Positions 52,696 through 64,000 of a stretch of DNA of 64,000 nucleotides are shown in pieces (within the stretch, counting starts at the first letter, position 1; each line of letters begins with the position of its first letter). A program made the position numbers and the translations under genes. Below the pieces are notes generated by a model. It worked only from the letters and a program-made list of their open reading frames with translations. It ran no database searches and was not told the origin of the DNA. The stretch is from Eledone cirrhosa (taxonomy: Eukaryota): positions 225,246,001 to 225,310,000 of the forward strand of contig OZ024741.1 of the NCBI GenBank assembly GCA_964016885.1, given 5' to 3'.

Positions 52696-53139
52696 GCGGC
52701 CTTTCTTTGACTCCAGTCTAAATATGTCTGTGGAATCAGTAGGATGTTGTAGGTTTCCCGTGACTTTGAAAAGAGTTAAAAAGTATTGTAGGTAGATTAA
52801 AGTAATGTCTGACTGAAATGGAAAGCTCACCTTAGTGATGTACGTATTCTATAGTAAGTTGAAAGAAGACTATCTAAGAAAAGAATAAGATGCTTTGACT
52901 TTGTGCTTTTGTTTCCGTATTCGAAGTATGTTAGGAGTAAACTGGAGCAGACTCGACGGATGTTACAGAAGAACAATTGGTTATAGTTTAGTATATCCAG
53001 GGAAGTGTAGAAAGAATTGATGTTTCGTGATATCACGATGAATCCCGCCCGGATACCAGCAGCGGGAATTTTTCTACACTTCCATTCTTCCACACACACA
53101 TACACACACTCTCACATACACACATATATTTTATATGTA

Positions 53140-53170
<31 letters not shown>

Positions 53171-53270
53171 CTGTATATATATATATATATGTAATATGTA
53201 TATATATATATGTAATATGTATATATATGTATATATATGTAATATGTAATATGTATTTATATGTATATGA

Positions 53271-53303
<33 letters not shown>

Positions 53304-53362
53304 AACAAGATGGCGTAGGGCAGAAGAAAGTAGAGTCACAAAAACACAGAAAAGAATTCCCA

Positions 53363-53405
53363 GTCACTGAAGAGGTCACAGAAAGTGTGACGAAAGAACT
53401 TTGAC
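53363..53405 (+). ncRNA. Minimal type I hammerhead
   Basis: gtca-CTGAAGA-g-gtcaca-gaaag-tgtgac-GAAAG-aa-CTT-tgac. Confidence 0.8.
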
Positions 53406-53606
53406 AATATATGAACAATCATCTGGTTGTGGAACCAACCAACCAGCCTGAAATTTATAAATTTAATTTATAATAAATTGAAGTGAAAGCTAATGGTGCG
53501 TGTGTTTCTTATTGGCAACATGACCCTTCCAAAGTATAACAATATCGGTTTCAACACCAGTTTTCAGATAAATAATCTTGCTAAACAAACTCTGAAACGA
53601 AATATA

Positions 53607-53716
53607 TGGCTGAGTGGTTAGAGAATTGGATTCGCAATCGTAAGGTTGTGAGTTCGATTCCTGGACCAGGCGATGCGTTATATCCTTGAGCAAGACACTT
53701 TATTTCACGTTGCTCC
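53607..53716 (+). mobile_element. Second tRNA-derived SINE family (5' part)
   Basis: A-box TGGCTGAGTGG, B-box GAGTTCGATTCC, then TCCTTGAGCAAGACACTT. Confidence 0.75.
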
Positions 53717-53837
53717 TTCTACCTGGAGTTGCGACTGATAGATAGTATTAGCAATTGGAAAGACCAACGGAAACATTGTTTCGTCGGTCCGATTTGACAA
53801 AATTCGATCGTTCCTATATATATATGTACATATATAT

Positions 53838-53913
<76 letters not shown>

Positions 53914-54249
53914 ATGTACACACAGACATAACGAATGGTGAACCAGCGAGCCAGCGAGTCAGTCTGCCAGAAATTCTTAACAGAAACAGGACAGAGAAAA
54001 TATAGAAATAAGAAAGGCAAAGACGAGAAATGAAAAGTATACAATGATACATTGCTGAAAGAATGAAACCTGAAACAAAAACCATTTAAAGAAGAATTGA
54101 CTTCAGTAAGCTGTCTTCTTAGATTCGTTTATTTCCTTTAGGTGCTTGCATATAAGGAAACAAACATTTTAGTTAATTTGATTACTGTATGGTTAAAAAA
54201 CACGGTCTATAGAGAGTCATTTTATATCAATCTATCTATATACACGTAT

Positions 54250-54318
54250 AATATGTATGTATGTACGTAATTATATATATGTGTGTGTCTGTGTGAATAT
54301 ATATATATATATATAAAT

Positions 54319-54349
<31 letters not shown>

Positions 54350-54437
54350 AATATATATATAAATATATATATATATATAAATATATATATATATATTAAA
54401 AAATATATATATACACACATGTACATAAACATATACA

Positions 54438-54509
<72 letters not shown>

Positions 54510-54792
54510 CATATATATATATATATATGCATGCATATATATATATATAAATATACATACACATATATATATATACATATACATATACATTAAAATATAT
54601 ATATTTACACACATGTGTATAAATATATATATACACATATACATAAACATAAACATATATATATATAAATAAACATATATGTACATAAACATATATATAT
54701 ACATATATATGTTTTAAAATATATATACACTCATGAGCATAAATATCTATATATCTCTATATATATATATAAATATATACACACTCATGTGC

Positions 54793-54845
<53 letters not shown>

Positions 54846-54895
54846 TGTATATGTTTATGTATGTATATATATATATTTTTTAATATATATATATA

Positions 54896-54945
<50 letters not shown>

Positions 54946-54985
54946 GACACACACATATATATAATTACGTACATACATACATATT
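54250..54985. repeat. Large inverted duplication of compound TA-rich sequence
   Basis: atgtatgtacgtaattatatatatgtgtgtgtctgtgtg (~54257) is mirrored at ~54940-54982. Confidence 0.8.
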
Positions 54986-55159
54986 TCAGTCTGAAATATT
55001 AATTGAATCAAAGTTACTTGACTTTAATACACAATGGTTTCATGCAAACAACCTCAGTTTATAAATAACTTTCCTTTCTTGTATTTTGGTGTGTGAATGA
55101 GTGTGTATGCGCCTGAATGTGTGTGTGTATGTATATTATATATATGTGTGTGTGTATAT

Positions 55160-57100
<1,941 letters not shown>

Positions 57101-57232
57101 GTATGTGTGTATTCAACACGTCTTGGTTTCTAACACATATAGGTTTTCATACTATCACAATGACACGCGTACACATACGTCCATACTACATACCAGTACA
57201 CGAATACACATATGCACACAAGTATATGTATA

Positions 57233-57362
<130 letters not shown>

Positions 57363-57364
57363 TA

Positions 57365-57443
<79 letters not shown>

Positions 57444-57509
57444 TCCAAATATATATATATGTGTATACTTACATAAAAATCTCTCTCTCTTGCTTTGCTG
57501 TCTGAATAA

Positions 57510-57567
<58 letters not shown>

Positions 57568-57568
57568 G

Positions 57569-57659
<91 letters not shown>

Positions 57660-57698
57660 GTATATATATATATATATATATGTATATGTATATATATG

Positions 57699-57796
<98 letters not shown>

Positions 57797-57894
57797 TATA
57801 CATATATACGTATGTATATGTAAACACACACACACGCTCACACACACATACACACACACACATATATATATATATATAACACACACACACACAC

Positions 57895-57969
<75 letters not shown>

Positions 57970-58176
57970 TATATATAGATATAGCACCCCAGGCTATGCC
58001 TCTTTTGTGAGAATTATAAAAATCTCCATCATAAATACATTTAAATAATTTACTGTAGAAACGGTGATATAGTCACACAAATACACCGCCACGCACACAT
58101 ATTCACGCATCTATGGACATGTATATTTTTACGCACACACACACACATACACACACACACACACACGCACACACAC

Positions 58177-58210
<34 letters not shown>

Positions 58211-58309
58211 ACTTTGTACATACTGATTTGTGTGCATGAATATCTGTATGTCTATTAAAGCGTTGTGCACCTATCTCTTTGTGTGTGTGTATCTTTATAT
58301 GTCTGTATG

Positions 58310-58710
58310 CATGCATGTATGTATGTATGTATGTATGTATGTATGTATGTATGTATGTATGTATGTTTGTATGTATGTATGTATGTATGTTTGTATGTAT
58401 GTATGTATGTAAGTATGTATGTATGTATATATGTAAGTATGTACGTATTTATGTATGTATGTATGTATGTAAGTATGTATGTTTGTATGTATGTATCTAT
58501 GTATGTTTGTATATATGTTTGTATGTATGTTTGTATGTATGTATGTATATATGTTTGTATGTATGTATGTAAGTATGTATGTATTTATATATGTAAGTAT
58601 GTACGTATTTATGTATGTATGTATGTATGTAAGTATGTATGTTTGTATGTATGTATCTATGTATGTTTGTATGTATGTTTGTATGTATGTTTGTATGTAT
58701 GTTTGTATGT
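58310..58710. repeat. (TATG)n microsatellite
   Basis: Visible tetranucleotide tract. Confidence 0.97.
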
Positions 58711-59864
58711 ACTTCACAGAATATTCTAGATTTCTGTGTAAGGTGACAAAATTTCCAATTCTGTAATATCAGTTGGTACTACATTTGATTAAAGTGAATA
58801 TCTAAAGAAAATGGAGAACTTTGATGTTTGAAAACACAATGACTGATTTCTTGCAATCATATCTGCACATTTCTCTCTGTTTGTTAGATTAAAGATAATG
58901 TCCTCTGCTATTCTTAAAAATGAGCCGAGCGAATATGATTTGAATGTTTGACAAATGTTGTAACCTTCAATCGTAGGCACAGAGCCACAATTTTGGACGA
59001 TGTTATATATCACCATTACGCTTATAGTAATCATTGTATTGGCACCGGAATGATATTAGGCAAAAGTTCACCACGGTTGGATTCGAACTCAAAGCATAAA
59101 TCGTCATAACGTAACATCTCTTTACGTTCTCAGTTGAAATCTCACGGAAGTCAATAAAGAAGAGATTTTACGAGTCTACTTAGAAATCTGTACGTTGTAG
59201 CCCGTTCTATTAGAAATAGGCAAATTTCCCTCAAATAACATACTTTCTTGATAAAATCAGGACACGTTGGGTACTATAGTCCTTGATATACTTCTTGTGA
59301 AGTTGAAAGTCAGACGTTCACAAGTCTTTGATTATAGTTCTGCAGAAGCAGGTCCGACCTGGGGCTAAAAAAATAAAACATAAAAAAAAAAATACTATCT
59401 AATCGGTTCCGAAATCTAAACACACATATAAAAGAATCATACACAAACTGTGCTTGTACAAGGATTAATACAAGATCAGAACCTATGATTAATATAATGT
59501 CACTTCCCATGAATAATACAAGAAGTATATATTTAGTGGGTGTAATGATAAATATTAGTTTAAGGATGTGAAGGTTTCTTTGGTTCATTTATGGTGTATG
59601 AAGATGATGAGTAAGTAGCTTCATGGTCGAGGAATCGCGAGTGAGTAGCTTCATGGTCGAGGAATGGCAAGTGAGTAAGTGAAGTGAGTCTCAGTGAGCC
59701 AAGAGAAGTTTTTTCATATTCGAGAAAACAAGTAGTTGTACTCGCTTGTTGTGGCGTGAAGTGATATTACAATGGGGCAAGATTATTTACATGGACAAGA
59801 ATGAACAAATGAACAAGACAACACTAATTTTAATGTTTTTATTTGTAACATGATATACAATAAT

Positions 59865-60047
59865 TGTTTCTACTTTAGGCACAAGGCCAGCAATTATCCA
59901 GTACATTACTGGTACTTTATTTTATCGACCCCGTAAGGATGAAAGGCAAAGTCAACCTCGGCGGGATTTGAACTCAGATCGTAAAGGGACGTAACTATGC
60001 TGGAAAGCATGGCGTCCGACCCTCTACCGATACTGCCAATCCACCGC
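59865..60047 (-). mobile_element. Full-length SINE with a 16-bp target-site duplication
   Basis: CATGATATACAATAAT occurs at 59849-59864 and 60048-60063. Confidence 0.92.
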
Positions 60048-60056
60048 CATGATATA

Positions 60057-60657
60057 CAATAATGCCCCGCTATATCGCGGTTCACTTTTTTGCGGTCCCG
60101 ATACATCTCGGATTTTTCTTTGGAGCGTTTCTAATTTCCTATCGCGATAATCCTCGCTACATCGCGGGTTTTTCGTTGGAACATATCTAATTTCTTATCG
60201 TGGTATGTACGTCTGAATAAAAAGGGTTACAATTTTAAACTTATTAAATAAGTTTCAATGTGGTTGAAGTGTATAGCGCAAGGAAGGGGTATGTTTTTAT
60301 TTTTCATTCCATTACTGTTTTACTGATTGTGTTTTTCTCTACTATAAACCTTTCATAGATTGACGGGAGATGTGCAGTGTATTACCAAGTGGCTAACGTG
60401 GCTGGTAATAGTCGTCATTGGTAACTAGTGGTGCGATGGTTGGTGGTAGTTTCTATACGATCGTTACTGGCTGTTTTTGGTGTTTAGATACAAAAGTGTT
60501 TTAATGAGTTTATATGTACTTAAAGCGTGTAGGATAGGTATTTTAAGGCTTAAACTATGAAAACAACGGTTGTCTTTATGGTCTCTCTATATCAAGGATT
60601 TTCATTTATCGCGGTTGGTTCTGGAACGTATCCCCCACGATAAACGGGAGATTACTG
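60057..60657. mobile_element. Tigger/pogo-like MITE
   Basis: TA|CAATAATGCCCCGCTATATCGCGG ... CCACGATAAACGAGGGATTACTG|TA imperfect TIRs, with internal TATCGCG sub-repeats. Confidence 0.75.
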
Positions 60658-61309
60658 TACTTCGAAATGATGCGCAACAATAAACAAGGTAAAACGTTGC
60701 ACGTATAGATGCAGTGTGTTATGGGTGCGAATGTAGAATACTATAGTAGCAATATTTATTAACTTATGTTGGTAGCAGGCTCAGCTAATGCTGGTCCTAG
60801 TAGGGCTGGCTAGCGAGTTTGTGTGTGAATATATCATGAGGCTTACGAAACAAGCTGTCTGCTGTAGAGTCGAATCAAACTGCATTTTGCGGAATCGAAA
60901 AGCTGACTAGAAGTTGAACATCTCTTGCATATATATAAGAATTAGGTTGCCCAGAAATATTAAAAAGTTGACCTCTTTTTGGATACTCTGACACCGCGAG
61001 CTTCCTACAAGAGAACATTATCTAGATTTTTGGCTTTGAGGTCACAGGTCAGTCTTTAGGTAGTCTTGCGTGGCAGGCTAAGAAAGCCATCGTGGGATAA
61101 ATATGTCGAGATTTCGATACATATAAGTATGAATAGAATGTAATGAAACGTGTAAAATGGGACAGTATGCCAACAAACAGGGTTATACAGAAACGGGTGA
61201 AAAAAATACAAAAACACCCCAAAAATCTGGGAAGCGTCACAATTTTTGGGGGTTTAAATAACTGTCGGAAAACCATAGATTAGTGTCGTACCTCAAAGAT
61301 ATTTCTCGA

Positions 61310-61500
61310 TTAACCCTTTAGCCTTTAAACTGGTCATAATAGGCCAGAATTCTCTCGCCTCTTTCTGTTCAAACCGGCCATAACCGGCTGGCTCATACCA
61401 ATGTTAATATATTGTTCTCAAAATATATAATATCAAAATCTCGTAGATTCGATATTATGTGAGATAATTATGTGAAATAAACTATTTACCATGAAAATAC
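61310..61500 (+). mobile_element. piggyBac-like MITE end fragment
   Basis: Starts TTAA-CCCTTTAGC. Homologous to 4500-4677. Confidence 0.5.
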
Positions 61501-61924
61501 AATAGCAAAAGAATAATGTAAATGCTAAAGAATTAAGAAGGCGTCGTTTGAAAGAGATGAACAACATGAGGGAAAGAATACTGTGTGCAGACGTCGCACA
61601 ACCAGAGTTGGACGAACATAATAAATGAATACCTGGCATAAAAAGGCTGTGATACAACATACGGACACAGAGATATACAGACACACATACAAGAACACAC
61701 ACACTCACTCACACATACACACAAACACACCGACATGCAAATATATATATTTCTTCGATTTTTTTCCGCCATGTTATTCGGCGATTGTTGTTTCATGACA
61801 TTATCGTTTATGAATTTGGTCTGATACGGATTTTTTTCATTGAACAACTGTGGACAACAACGTCGAAATAATTCTATACAACTACCATTCTATCGACCTA
61901 AATTCCTATTACGCACGCACATAA

Positions 61925-62015
<91 letters not shown>

Positions 62016-62192
62016 CATAGATATATATATGTAAATATCTATGTATGTATGTGTATATATATAGTTTTTTTTAAAAGTAGAAAAGTGCAGTGACCTCGAA
62101 GTTTCAGGTTGGTCGCTTCATCTGTCTACCATCTATCAACTACGTAAATAACCACCTTACTACAAAGTAAGCGTCAAAAGATCATATGCTTT

Positions 62193-62224
<32 letters not shown>

Positions 62225-62567
62225 CGAATACACACGCGCACGAACACACACACATATACACACACATATATTATATAAACACTTTGATTTCTCTCCGCTC
62301 TATCAACGTATGACGATTCAGACGTGGCTTCGTCGTCTTGAAACCGCTGGTAGTATGGCGCTAATCTAACAGTTAATATAAATACCCAGCTTCTACTTTA
62401 CTCATTCATTGCTTTTCCTTTCGTTTGTACCCACAACTATATATATTATTATAATGAGTGACTACTGCCCGACGGCTGAATTCTTGCCGTTTCGACAGCA
62501 AGTAGATTCACTCATCGTCGAGTACTAAGCTGAACAATGCTCTGATTTGTGTAAAATGGTAACTCCG

Positions 62568-62708
<141 letters not shown>

Positions 62709-62794
62709 CGAAGGAAATGTGGTAAGGAACCAGGTGGACCATAACGCACCAAAGTACTCAATACTTCCTATTATATATATATATATATATATAT

Positions 62795-62919
62795 ATAGGA
62801 GTAAGTAAGACCCCGACGGCTGAGCTCAAGCCGTTTCGACGGCTAATTCTGTACTGGCAGTACAGAATTAGCCGTCGAAACGGCTTGAGCTCAGCCGTCG
62901 GGGTCTTACTTACTCCTAT
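62795..62919. repeat. Perfect hairpin (62-bp arms, 1-nt loop) made of two hammerhead 3' halves
   Basis: GAAACggc-ttgagctca-gccGTC-ggggtc on both strands. Same family as 31630-31725. Confidence 0.92.
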
Positions 62920-63132
62920 TACCCACTCTACTACCCTAAGTATTGATTACTTTGGTGCGTTATGGTCCACCTGGTTCCTTACCACTTTTCCCACGCTATA
63001 TATATATATATATATATATATAGTAATAATAATAAATTTGAAGACTAAAATCCAAAGAGGGCTCGATAAGGATAAATATATATCAAATATATAAGAACCG
63101 TAGAGCGAATATTTATTAAAATGACAGATTAA

Positions 63133-63183
63133 AGTTTAAGCAAAGAATCGCTGCTTTGACCCTTAACGGGGTCTTCTGAAACT
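63133..63183 (-). ncRNA. Decayed hammerhead; truncated sister copy at 47350-47391
   Basis: Composite of both copies gives agttt-C(a)GAAGA-c-ccc-gttaa-ggg-t-GAAAGCA-..-TGCTT-aaact. Confidence 0.55.
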
Positions 63184-64000
63184 AACAAAGTCAATCTGTA
63201 AACGCAGAAGTGGATATTTCAAAAAACGTTGCAACCGGAGGAAGACAGGAAGACGATACTTTGGTTCGTGGAAACGTTCCCTGGCAAAGAACGGGAAAAA
63301 ACGAATATAATACGTCATTAAGACAGAACCACGTTTATGGTATAAAAGAAGTCGTAGACTAATGTTCTCTTAGGTGGTTCATAGAGACGTTCTCTGGCCA
63401 TGAACGGAAAAAACGAAGATTATACGTCATATGTGGAGCGTGGAGAACAATTGCACGCAAAGACAAACCACGTAAATGGTATAGCTGAAGTCGTAGACTA
63501 AATTTCTAACTAGGAAACCGAATGAATCTCTGCTTCAGAGCTAAGAATAAAGTAAATAAAATACAATACAGAGGTAATAAAAATTAAATAAATACATACA
63601 CGCATGCAAATACGTACATACACAAGCATACGTGGAAACACTTGCCATAGGTATACAAAACCACGCACATATAAATATGTGTGTGTCTGTGTGTGCGTGT
63701 ATACAAATAAATAAATAATTAAATAAACGTATATAAATAAATAAATACGTATATAACAAGCGCACACACATACCTACATGTAAATACACAAAGGTTCGGA
63801 GACGTAATTCAACCAAAACATGAAGTACACATATACACACACCCTACATACGTACGAACCTGCATACTCACACAGACGCAAAAATCCCGTATACACATAA
63901 CCAAACCATACGTACCAGAATATATAAAAAATTATACGCCATAACATATACAATCAAATATACGTACGAGAAAGTATACGTACCTTCACAAAACATACAG

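Overview
AT-rich, gene-free eukaryotic DNA. It is most likely an octopus-type cephalopod genome, inferred from the recurrent tRNA-derived SINE and the repeat landscape. No intact host gene is supported; most listed ORFs are microsatellite artefacts. Recognisable content: a decayed Hydra-like Penelope-like element (PLE, 12.5-15.3 kb, +), a Neptune-like PLE tandem/inverted array (37.6-48.1 kb), a CRE-like LINE 3' end, an internally deleted mariner, a non-autonomous Helitron, MITEs, about 10 SINE copies and a 12-kb G/T-rich satellite block (17.2-29.5 kb). The main signal is that many short 'unique' islands between (TA)n tracts carry a type I hammerhead ribozyme (HHR). Reading both strands by eye gave over 30 intact or decayed HHR motifs from roughly 20 sequence families. 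They typically lie about 20-130 nt upstream of a (TA)n tract and often form head-to-head foldbacks or partial tandems. Many have long stem-II insertions, palindromic stem III (dimer-type), or non-canonical cores (U3:A8 covariants, U4C). This suggests a dense, microsatellite-targeted population of PLE 3' ends and retrozyme-like elements. All folds are manual and ribozyme activity is untested.
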